A stretch of 64,000 bases of DNA from contig CAYFHS010000002.1 of assembly GCA_964342815.1 (NCBI GenBank), forward strand, positions 32,001 to 96,000, written 5' to 3'. The position numbers were made by a program, and so were the translations under genes. The notes beneath the pieces are model-generated. The model worked only from the letters and a program-made list of their open reading frames with translations. It was not told the DNA's origin and did no database searches. Shown here piece after piece: positions 29,128-38,010 of the stretch (positions are counted from its first letter, which is position 1; every line of letters begins with the position of its first letter). This DNA is from an uncultured archaeon. Its GTDB lineage: Archaea > Thermoplasmatota > Penumbrarchaeia > JASLWR01.

Positions 29128-30486
29128 ATGCCGCCCCCGAAAAAATATCGTCGATCCCTTGTATTTTCTGTTATTGGGGCCTGTGTGATAGTTATTATAA
29201 TATTGATAATGAGCCAGGTATTCACTCCTACCGGCTATGATCCTAACACGTGGTCAGACGAGGAACTCGGACCCCCTCCCTTGAACGTAACGTGGGGTAA
29301 CGTCGTTCCCCTGAACATAGAAGGTTACGAACCCAGCATCTCTTCGGACTCCCAGGGCGCAATGTACATCACAGGCCATAAAAACCTTGAGGAGAGGGAT
29401 ACCTGGGACTACCTTGCTTCATGGTTCGTCATGAGCAAGGATGAAGGCAAAACATGGTATCCGCCCACAGAGCCATTTCCCAGGGGTGCCATCTGGCAGA
29501 CCTATCTGGGCGATGAGGGGGATATCGCCGTGGACGCAAACGATAACGTCTATTATGTTGATACCTATCTTCTCGACAATCATATTCACGTTTGGGCGGA
29601 TCAGGGACAGTACCAGTATTCCGTAAGGATCCAGAAGACCACGGGACTGGACGATCGGCCGTGGATAACCGCACAGGGGAACAATATCGTTCATTATCTG
29701 GGAAACAACGGTGTAGAAGTAAACGGTGGGAGATACTGGTATTACCGCTCCACAAACGGTGCCCGCACCTTTACGGCGGGGGAATCCGTTCCCGGAAACG
29801 GATGGGGCCATATAGACGCGGAAAGGGACGGAGACCATGTTTACATTATCTCGGAGAGCAACGTCGGAGGAGAGGCCGACATTCGTGTTTACGTAAGCGA
29901 CGAACAGGGCGCCAGCTGGGATTTTTCCAATCCGGTGGTTGTGGGACACCGGGACGGTCCGGGGCGTCAGTACCCAATCATTACAGTGGGAGCCAATGGC
30001 GACGTTTGGTGCCTTTGGAACGACGCTTCCAACGGGGTGGAGAATGGCACCCGCGTCTTCGTGGGAAGGAGTACCGACTTCGGCCGCAGCTGGGACACAT
30101 GGGACATAACACCTTTCAAGGGTTTTCTGGACTATCCCACCATCAACGCCGGGCCGGATGGCTCCGTGGCGGTATCATTCTACGCCACAAAAGACCTGCC
30201 GGTATCCGAAAACAGCGAATGGTACATATACGGGGCCCTGGCACTTAACGCCGGCAGCGGCAATCTATCGTTGAACTTTTCCATAGCTGACCCGACCCCT
30301 GTTTATGTGGGCTCCAATCTTCATGCCCTTCACGATTTTTACGAGATCGTCATCACACCGGATATGGCATTGAACCTTGCCTATCAGTATTATGTAGGAC
30401 CTGGAAACGGGGACAGCATGCTCTATTTCGTCAGAGGTATCGTTGAGAACCCCAACCAAGGAGCGGAAGTGATTGACAGCGGATAA
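29128..30486 (+). CDS. BNR/Asp-box beta-propeller (sialidase-like fold), N-terminal membrane anchor
   Basis: Asp-boxes SKDEGKTW, STNGARTF, SDEQGASW and STDFGRSW. Confidence 0.85.
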   Translation: MPPPKKYRRSLVFSVIGACVIVIIILIMSQVFTPTGYDPNTWSDEELGPPPLNVTWGNVVPLNIEGYEPSISSDSQGAMYITGHKNLEERDTWDYLASWFVMSKDEGKTWYPPTEPFPRGAIWQTYLGDEGDIAVDANDNVYYVDTYLLDNHIHVWADQGQYQYSVRIQKTTGLDDRPWITAQGNNIVHYLGNNGVEVNGGRYWYYRSTNGARTFTAGESVPGNGWGHIDAERDGDHVYIISESNVGGEADIRVYVSDEQGASWDFSNPVVVGHRDGPGRQYPIITVGANGDVWCLWNDASNGVENGTRVFVGRSTDFGRSWDTWDITPFKGFLDYPTINAGPDGSVAVSFYATKDLPVSENSEWYIYGALALNAGSGNLSLNFSIADPTPVYVGSNLHALHDFYEIVITPDMALNLAYQYYVGPGNGDSMLYFVRGIVENPNQGAEVIDSG

Positions 30487-31741
30487 CGGGCTGATGAGAA
30501 AAGGATCAAGGAGGGTTTGGCGGACATGGAAATGGGGTTTCTTGATTGCGTTTGTGGTAATGATTGCGGTCTTCATATTTGGTTTGAACGTGGAGGTCCA
30601 GCATAAAAGGTCCGGAATAAAAGGAGAAGAACCAATAAAATTCTTCGAAACGGACGTGTCTCCGTCAATCGCAGTCGGTATGAACAGTTATACGGTAAGC
30701 ATATCCAATGATCGGAAATATACTATTACGTGGGTGAAAATGGAGTTCCGCGGGCCCAACATGCAGGCTCCGAGCCATGAGCCCGAGACCCATTCCGATT
30801 CCATAGGAGCCGGTGGGGAGACGAGTTATTCTTTCGATATCCCGAAGGGTGCCGAATCCGCTGAGTTCGAACTGACCGGAGATTCTCTGCCTGGATTTGC
30901 CGACATCAATCTTTACGTTAGAGGCTCAAATACAAGTGCTGAATGGTCATCGGAAAGCTCATCGAACGACGAGAACATTAGACTGTCAAGCTCGGATATA
31001 GAATCAGGTGGATACGGCGCATACACCATTAGCGTCAGGCATGAAGGCGGCGTCCGGTCAGTCTCATACACGCTGAGCATATCACTGAGCTACGCCGATC
31101 TCGTCCTTTCCCATACACATTCCAACGCTATCCCGCCCGAAGATACATTAAATCTGGACTATATTATAAATCTGGACGCGGCGCAGGTGGATGAATTGGG
31201 GTTTTATATCTCGGCCCGGATCAGACTCCCTGACGGAATGACCATGGAGATACGGAGGGTCTACAGCTCCAGTTGGTCGGTGCTTGAGGAAGTTACCCCG
31301 ACACCGGATGAACTTAAGGACTCGGAACCCTGGGGACCTGTGGATACCACCGGTACGGTATCGGGAGTGGCATATGCCATTGCAGTTTTAAGCGGGATAG
31401 TGCTTTGGGCCCGGCTGCGGTTCACCGAAATGGTCAAACCGCGGTTTATAGGTCCGGTACACTGCTTCATATCACTGATCTCCCTTATCCTTGCTGTTGA
31501 TCACACGGCAATAGCGCTGCAAAAATCCTGGCCTTGGGGGTCTCCCGGAATGTTATTCTCGTACCTTTCCATAGTGACGATGTTGGGATTCACCGTTTTT
31601 TCATTCTACGACGTTGAAGGAAAGGAATGGCTGGGCAAAAGAAAATGGCGAAAGGTCCACCTGATCCTTACAATACTGCTTTTCCTGGTCGTGGTTCTCC
31701 ATATCGGGTTGATGGGCGATCACCTGGGTTTTCTGAAGTGA
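30473..31741 (+). CDS. membrane protein with extracellular PPC-like domain and 4 C-terminal TM helices carrying His residues (cytochrome b-like); likely start 30494
   Basis: N-terminal TM; ADINLYV..SSSNDENI..YTISVR PPC-like pattern; HCFIS, DHTA, WRKVH and VLHI histidines in the TM region. Confidence 0.7.
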   Translation: MTADNGLMRKGSRRVWRTWKWGFLIAFVVMIAVFIFGLNVEVQHKRSGIKGEEPIKFFETDVSPSIAVGMNSYTVSISNDRKYTITWVKMEFRGPNMQAPSHEPETHSDSIGAGGETSYSFDIPKGAESAEFELTGDSLPGFADINLYVRGSNTSAEWSSESSSNDENIRLSSSDIESGGYGAYTISVRHEGGVRSVSYTLSISLSYADLVLSHTHSNAIPPEDTLNLDYIINLDAAQVDELGFYISARIRLPDGMTMEIRRVYSSSWSVLEEVTPTPDELKDSEPWGPVDTTGTVSGVAYAIAVLSGIVLWARLRFTEMVKPRFIGPVHCFISLISLILAVDHTAIALQKSWPWGSPGMLFSYLSIVTMLGFTVFSFYDVEGKEWLGKRKWRKVHLILTILLFLVVVLHIGLMGDHLGFLK

Positions 31742-31861
31742 TGTGAATAATTTCATATTAAAATTATTAGATGTTACACAGTATACTTTTTTCTATGACA
31801 GATTATCATTGGGTCATCCCAAATTCCACGCCCTTCCTCCATATCTTTTCTCTTCTAAAGA

Positions 31862-32100
31862 GGACCTGCTCCCGTTTCACTCCGGTGTCCACTTCGTTCC
31901 GCAACACCCAGCAGGTGTTGCTACACCCTCGGTAGATGTACCTACAGGTGTAACTGCGTCACACCTGAGCCCTCGCCTTTTAAGCCTACGGGCGACGTAA
32001 GAAACGCAGGTCCGACACAAAAATAACAGAAATTAAGGGTGGGGGCACTACCCCCATGAACGGCATCTACGCCGTTCCAGTGCATTTCACAAACCTGCAC
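31862..32100 (-). ncRNA. structured element X (unidentified family, homologous to Y)
   Basis: Outer stem ggacctgc 31862-69/32006-13; hairpins at 31901-21, 31931-42, 31945-67, 31973-95, 32040-56, 32058-77 and 32080-100; conserved core shared with 54762-54834. Confidence 0.55.
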
Positions 32101-32220
32101 CCGGGCCCCAATTAGAAAGCTAAGAGATATCAAACTAACAGCCTATCTGTGCAGATGGTAATTTCGATTACCCGATTAAAATAATTAAAATCGTTTTACG
32201 AAAGAATTATTTAACAGTAA

Positions 32221-34023
32221 TTGAATAATATATCTATGTATACGAAATCACGTGATCTTAAGGTTCTCATCTACAGTGTAGCCATTTTTACCATATTTGC
32301 CGTGTTAATATCCGCTCCCGTGCTTGGTTCGGTTCCCCCCCAAAAAATAAATTACCCGGATGAACCAAACAGAGCTATCGCACCCATCGAGCTGGTATCA
32401 CCCAAAGAAGCCAGGGTCGTAAGTGGTATAGGAATTGAATTAAGCTGGAACGTTGCCGGCGAATATTCCGGATCATACTCTTTTGATGTATATGTATCCG
32501 AAGATGGAGAAAAAGTCACGGCATCAAACAAGGGTACTCGACTGGGCAGCGGTCTGACCGAAACATCCCTGAAGGCCATGATCCTCCTCGATAAAACGAC
32601 GTATTACTGGAAGGTAGTCGGGAAAGATATTGGGGACAACGAGCAGATCTCGTCACTTGTTGGACAATTTTCCATCGACAGATCGATACCGGACCCGGAT
32701 AACTATCTCGGCATATCGGTATCGAATCCGAATCCGAGATACGGGGAAGAGGTATATTTCGCTGCCATGGTCCCCAACACATTCGGCGATTTCATTAGCT
32801 ATTCGTGGGATTTTGAAGACACAAACGAGAATATCGAGGGAAGCGACAAAGCAAAGGTCACGCATAGTTTTCAGCGACATGGAAAAAAACTCGTTCAGCT
32901 GACGGTATCAGATGAGCTTGGTAACGAACAGAGTACATCGGTTCTGGTAGAAGTGGAGGGAGGTGAACCTGCTGCGTCTATGTCGGGGGGGAGTATGAAA
33001 GATAGTTCGTACTCGTCTATTATCGTTGTCTGTATGGTAGTGTTTTTCATAGTTATTATCATAGTGGTAGTCGCCATTTCGGCGGCAGCAAAGGAAAAGG
33101 AACGTCAGAAAAATCAGTTTGCGGTACCTTCCGAGATATACGAGACAGAGGACAAGGGAGATCACCCGGACGAGAACCCCGAATTCATCTACAACATGGA
33201 ATGGTACATGGAGAAGGGATTTCGAAAGGTGACCGATGAAATGAAGAATATGACAAAGGCCACCAAGGACCTTGTCAAGGGCGAACGATTCGGAAAATAC
33301 CTATCAATCTTCATCGTGGCCTTTGCCATTTCCACCATGGTCTCGGCATACCTGCAGTCCAATTCCAACCAGGAAAGTACCGAAAAATACAGCCTTGCAA
33401 AAACCCACCTCGAAGATTCCAACACCCTTCTTCTTCAGGCGGAGAGCATTATCGACAACGACGTCAATCTGCTGGAACAGGCAAGGCGGTATTACGTGGA
33501 AGGGGAGAACCTCCTGTGGAAGTATATCCAGAAAACGCTGAACGGAACACCCGAAAGTTATTACAACGAAATAGGGGACTCGCTCATTGCTTTCAACAAC
33601 GCCTACGGACTGATCGTTCAGAGCAATTTGTATAGATCAAAGCATGTCACACGCAGCTACGCCGTCAACCTTGTGGATTTCGATGATTTCGTACCCTGGG
33701 ACTACAGTAACGAGCAGATAAAACTTATCTCCATAGACATATTGGGAGTTCTGGAAAAATACAGATCCGATTTCGACAGCTACGAGGAAGATCTGAAAGA
33801 AGAATCAATCTCTCTCCGGGGATATGCAGATTCGCAGTTCGACGGGGCCAATGAACTGGGTGACGAAGGCCTCTCATTTACCAGAGCGACGACATTCTTC
33901 TCCATCGCCACGTCGGTGATAGGGATTTCCATCGTACCTAAGAACAAGTATACAAGGAGAATTCTCATATTCGTCGGTTTGGCAGTATTTGCTTCCGGTT
34001 TCTTTTTCATACAGATATATTAG
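32221..34023 (+). CDS. secreted FN3-like/PKD protein with TM, fused to a DUF4337-like TM-helical-TM-TM domain
   Basis: Signal peptide; LLDKTTYYWKV FN3-like; YSWDFED..VTHSF PKD; TM; second TM, long helical loop and two terminal TMs. Confidence 0.75.
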   Translation: MNNISMYTKSRDLKVLIYSVAIFTIFAVLISAPVLGSVPPQKINYPDEPNRAIAPIELVSPKEARVVSGIGIELSWNVAGEYSGSYSFDVYVSEDGEKVTASNKGTRLGSGLTETSLKAMILLDKTTYYWKVVGKDIGDNEQISSLVGQFSIDRSIPDPDNYLGISVSNPNPRYGEEVYFAAMVPNTFGDFISYSWDFEDTNENIEGSDKAKVTHSFQRHGKKLVQLTVSDELGNEQSTSVLVEVEGGEPAASMSGGSMKDSSYSSIIVVCMVVFFIVIIIVVVAISAAAKEKERQKNQFAVPSEIYETEDKGDHPDENPEFIYNMEWYMEKGFRKVTDEMKNMTKATKDLVKGERFGKYLSIFIVAFAISTMVSAYLQSNSNQESTEKYSLAKTHLEDSNTLLLQAESIIDNDVNLLEQARRYYVEGENLLWKYIQKTLNGTPESYYNEIGDSLIAFNNAYGLIVQSNLYRSKHVTRSYAVNLVDFDDFVPWDYSNEQIKLISIDILGVLEKYRSDFDSYEEDLKEESISLRGYADSQFDGANELGDEGLSFTRATTFFSIATSVIGISIVPKNKYTRRILIFVGLAVFASGFFFIQIY

Positions 34024-34049
34024 TCCGTACGAGTGGCTCGGAGAAAAGA

Positions 34050-34342
34050 TCAAAATACCGGGAATAGGATCAAGCCAAGCAGTAATCCGAAATACACAAC
34101 AAAACAAGCGGCCCGGACGACAATATTTTTCGTACGATTGTAAATAAATACCAATCCAGGAATGCCGACAGCCACCATGAAAGCTCCGAATAGTATCATT
34201 ATCAGAAGCCCGGTCCGGCTCAATGTGGTCTCAAACCCCACAAAGATGAATATGAGGCTGAAAATGGCCGTGCCTATGAAGAAGCATATGGCCTCGAGAC
34301 ACCCCGACTTTTCCTTTTTTTGATTTTTCTTTTCTTTTTCAT
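34050..34342 (-). CDS. small 3-TM membrane protein; 5' end appears frameshifted in an A7 run (in-frame GTG start at 34241)
   Basis: Hydrophobic frame KEKSGCLEAICFFIGTAIFSLIFIFVGFE continues upstream of 34241; gaggtg RBS and ATG at 34342 are one base out of frame. Confidence 0.5.
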
Positions 34343-34431
34343 TGATGATGATAGCACCTCGAAATCACCCCCAATGGGTGATTTTTTCTGTTTCCGCGCT
34401 AATTAATTTTTCTTTGATCTGGAGACCCAGC

Positions 34432-37400
34432 TTATACCCAGCCATCCCACTCCTCACAATCATCCATTTTATTACCAAATTCTTCCCCCTCATCACCCAC
34501 TTCCACATCGTCCTCATCTCCGACCTCGATCCCCATATGTTCATTTTCGCCCTTCCCGCGCCGATGAACAAAGAAAAATAATACCGCTGCCACACCCACA
34601 ACTACAATCACCACCAATATCCAAAGCATCAAGGGTCCAAGAAAGCCTTTCTCATCTTTTCCGGCATCATCCCCCCCGTTATCCACGGTTGGTGTTATCA
34701 CGTTTATCGTCCAACTGTAATTATGAGAATTTCCGGCCGGATCGAGAATAATCACCCGCAATTCATGCGTTTCCGGTCCTTCTCCAGCCACAAATGAAAA
34801 TGAATTTTTTCCGTTATAAATTATTTCCTGACCCAGATACCAGCGGAATTCCAGGTCGTCCGGCTCGCCCGGGGAAACCGTCACGGCAAATTCAATAATT
34901 TCACCTCCCTTCACGGTTATCTCATCCATCTCCGGCGTCCTGCCCTCAATCATTGGAGGCAGATCATCCCTCGGAACCACCGGACCCACCCACTGCGGCC
35001 CTTTATTGGAATTGTTGGCAAGATCAAAGGCCATGACGGTAACATAATAACTGAAACCATCTTCAAGAGAACTGCCGTTGCACGTGGTGAGCGATAGCTC
35101 TTTAACACTTATATCTTGTATTGCAGCCTCCGGCTCCAGCTGAAGCGGATCAACGGAATCATTCTTTGTTATGTAAACAGAATAATGGCCGAAATCGCCA
35201 GCCGTATCATCAACAGGCGTCCAGCTTACCGTAACGGAATTCCCGTTATCGGCAGGGGTGTCCATGGCCATAATATTCAAAACCGCTCCCGGCGGCGTCA
35301 GGTCCGGGGGCTCGAGGAGAACTATCGCAAGATCGGAGCCCAAAAGGCCGTCGCCGTCACTGTTGTTGTATCTGTCCGATAACGTTGTCTCCACGAGATA
35401 TTCGCCGGCAGCGAATCCCTTAGTATTCCAAATAAAATAATAACTTCCTTCAAACCCTTCCATCAGCGTTTCATTTACAATAATATCTCCAGCGGCAGAC
35501 GATATGGCGATAGTCCCCGCTAAACCGGTTTCGCCGTACATTTCAATGACCCTTATAACCACTTCCGAGCCGGGAGGATAGGTCCCGCTTGTGTCAAGCC
35601 CTACGGAAGAACTTACCGCCAAGATAACGGGTGCCGTTTCGTCCACCAGGGCCATGATCAGATCCGGGCTGCCGGGCAGACCGTCCCGATCCGTATTCGA
35701 GGAAATGTCAGCGAGAGTGGTCTCGACCTCGTAATCGGCTGAAGGGACCGATCCGTTGGTGTTCCATATATAGTAGTATATCCCGGACCCGGCATTCTTC
35801 AATTCCCCATTTGCTACCCTTCCGCCGATGATATCGGAGTTTATAGTAACGGTGCCGGTCAAACCTTCCTCGCCAATTGCCTCCGTCACCGTAATATTTA
35901 CCAGAGAACCGATCTCGTACATACCGTCGGTATCGTTACCTACCGAAGAAGCTACTCTCGATATCTCAGGCGCCACGTTATCGATCAATCTTATCTCGAG
36001 GTCTGGCGAATGCGGTAAACCGTCATGGTCGCCGTTGCCAAGTTCATCAATAAGAGTGGTCTCCACATGATAGACGCCCCCCGGACACCCGGCAGTATCC
36101 CAAATAAAACGATAAACGCCCCACCCGTCATCCACAAGCTCAAATTCTTCGCTAGACCCAACTGAACCATTGCCATCCGGTTCGGCCAATCTAATGGCGA
36201 TATTTCCTTGGAGCCCGGCCGTTCCATGTCCCTCGACGACAGTAAATTCCACCGTGTGACCCCGCACATATTCTCCAGTCTCATTGCCCTTAGTCGCCCA
36301 TACATGGGTGATCTCCGGCGGCGTATCATCCAAGATTTTTTTTACGGTAACGTTTGCGCGCGACATCTCCCGTATATCAATCCTCACTCGGCAGATGCAC
36401 TGCTCTCCGGGCGTGTTGATAAGCTGTTCCACTTCCAGGTGTCGGTCAAGCAGAAGGTTTCCGGCAAGGTCGCGCCATTCTCCCACTGCTCCGTAGCTCT
36501 CTCCCGGTTCAAGCGGAGGCATGATGAACTCCAGAAAACCGTGATCGAATTCTTCCAGTAATTCATTCACCACTCTTCCGGTAACCTCGGCAGCGGTACC
36601 GTTATTGGACGGGGTGAAACTAATGTTGATCTTACCTGCGGGAATAGCCGACAGGTCATCACGGACACCGTTGCCGTCACCGTCATAAGTGTATGAATCT
36701 ATCCGCGAGCCGTTAACCCTTACCAACCTGAAACCCTCTTCGCCCCCCCATCCTTCCTTGGTTCCGGATTCTGTGAGAACGAAAAGCGGAAACTCCCTCT
36801 CGTCCACGCTGCCGTCCTCGATCACGTCAACAAAATCCTTATCGTGCACCCGGTTCTCGTGCTCGTGCCCGTGAAAACTGAAGGTAACGTTATATGCACG
36901 CATAAGCTCACGGTATTCCTCGGCGTTCTGTTCCAGATACGTGTCGTTTCCGAAAGGGGTAAGATACGTGGTATTGATAGGTTTATGGTGCATGAAAGTA
37001 AATTGATTTTTACTATCCATGTTCGCCGCAAGTTCAGTCTCTATCCATGCCAGCTGTTCATCCGTTATGCCGTTCCCCCCTGACGATCCGTTGTCGTTCA
37101 TGGGCCAGGTCACCTGTGAATCTATTCCAATAAAATGAGCCTGTTCACCGTAATCAAAGGCAAAGTTCAGCTCCGGACTGATAAATTCCTCATAATCGCC
37201 GATATAGGTGGTGGGCCAATAACTGTAATCGTGGTTACCCGGTACCGTGTAGATCGGAAATCCCAGGCCCGGATCGCTGGCAACCCTGTAACGGTACATC
37301 TCGTCCTGGTGCTCCGGCGGAATATCCTCCATATCATACAGGTCCGGCAGTTTGTCGCAAACATCCCCGGTGTTTATCACAAAAGCGGGTCTGATGAAAT

Positions 37401-37971
37401 TCAGTTCGCGGATAATATTGCCGAAATCCTCGTAGGTATCCATGGATTTGTTTCCTATGTGTATGTCCGTTACATGAACAAAATCGAATTTTTCACTGAA
37501 TTCGCTTATAACCGATACCGAGTGGGGTTGCGTGTAAGCAGTTCCATTTGCTGTTATGGTCAGATCATATATATCGAGTAACACGTAGGGAGGGATCTCG
37601 AGGTCAACCAGCCAGAAGGAGGGCTCAAATACAGCCGAAGAAACGTTCAACCTGAAATTCGAATACCATGTGGATAATTCGGCGCCCCATGATATTCCCG
37701 CGTACTCTTCCGGAACCTCGATCCTCGCCGTGAAACTTTCACCGCGCAGCTTCATCTCGGGACAGCCCAGACTTGGATGGATTATCTTTATGGAATTTGG
37801 GCCCCGAAAACCTCCTGCAGGTGATCCATGCGCAGCATTCATTTCCGGATCAAAGGGTTGTACCCCTTCTCTCTCGTGCGAAAATGTCCAAGCGAAAAAA
37901 AAAGTAAGCACGCATAGTAATAACACAAAGTAAACGGAAGCTGCTTTTCGAATGATCATTCTCGTCATCAT
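34432..37971 (-). CDS. secreted calcineurin-like metallophosphoesterase with Ig-like/FN3 repeats and TM anchor
   Basis: VTDIHIG, NTGDVCD, VPGNHD, FMHH and FHGHEH motifs; three repeated YxxxWxTxG..YxVETTLxD..N.D.DGL units. Confidence 0.9.
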   Translation of the reverse strand: MMTRMIIRKAASVYFVLLLCVLTFFFAWTFSHEREGVQPFDPEMNAAHGSPAGGFRGPNSIKIIHPSLGCPEMKLRGESFTARIEVPEEYAGISWGAELSTWYSNFRLNVSSAVFEPSFWLVDLEIPPYVLLDIYDLTITANGTAYTQPHSVSVISEFSEKFDFVHVTDIHIGNKSMDTYEDFGNIIRELNFIRPAFVINTGDVCDKLPDLYDMEDIPPEHQDEMYRYRVASDPGLGFPIYTVPGNHDYSYWPTTYIGDYEEFISPELNFAFDYGEQAHFIGIDSQVTWPMNDNGSSGGNGITDEQLAWIETELAANMDSKNQFTFMHHKPINTTYLTPFGNDTYLEQNAEEYRELMRAYNVTFSFHGHEHENRVHDKDFVDVIEDGSVDEREFPLFVLTESGTKEGWGGEEGFRLVRVNGSRIDSYTYDGDGNGVRDDLSAIPAGKINISFTPSNNGTAAEVTGRVVNELLEEFDHGFLEFIMPPLEPGESYGAVGEWRDLAGNLLLDRHLEVEQLINTPGEQCICRVRIDIREMSRANVTVKKILDDTPPEITHVWATKGNETGEYVRGHTVEFTVVEGHGTAGLQGNIAIRLAEPDGNGSVGSSEEFELVDDGWGVYRFIWDTAGCPGGVYHVETTLIDELGNGDHDGLPHSPDLEIRLIDNVAPEISRVASSVGNDTDGMYEIGSLVNITVTEAIGEEGLTGTVTINSDIIGGRVANGELKNAGSGIYYYIWNTNGSVPSADYEVETTLADISSNTDRDGLPGSPDLIMALVDETAPVILAVSSSVGLDTSGTYPPGSEVVIRVIEMYGETGLAGTIAISSAAGDIIVNETLMEGFEGSYYFIWNTKGFAAGEYLVETTLSDRYNNSDGDGLLGSDLAIVLLEPPDLTPPGAVLNIMAMDTPADNGNSVTVSWTPVDDTAGDFGHYSVYITKNDSVDPLQLEPEAAIQDISVKELSLTTCNGSSLEDGFSYYVTVMAFDLANNSNKGPQWVGPVVPRDDLPPMIEGRTPEMDEITVKGGEIIEFAVTVSPGEPDDLEFRWYLGQEIIYNGKNSFSFVAGEGPETHELRVIILDPAGNSHNYSWTINVITPTVDNGGDDAGKDEKGFLGPLMLWILVVIVVVGVAAVLFFFVHRRGKGENEHMGIEVGDEDDVEVGDEGEEFGNKMDDCEEWDGWV

Positions 37972-38010
37972 AACGAAACCGCCGGGGCGTGTAAAATAAA
38001 AATTTTTTGT

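Noticed and set aside
31862-31890. Minus-strand GAAACGGGAGCAGGUCC resembles SRP RNA helix 8
   Set aside because: The 5' CAGG-YCG/YCC arm needed to form helix 8 is missing, GCAGGUCC pairs better with the distal GGACCUGC, and no Alu-domain UGUAA motif is present.
31882-31945. HDV-like, hammerhead or twister ribozyme, or cobalamin riboswitch assignment for X/Y
   Set aside because: No P3/L3/P1.1 arrangement, no CUGANGA/GAAA core, no twister UAA/CCC elements, and no cobalamin GGGAA..GCAACUG box.
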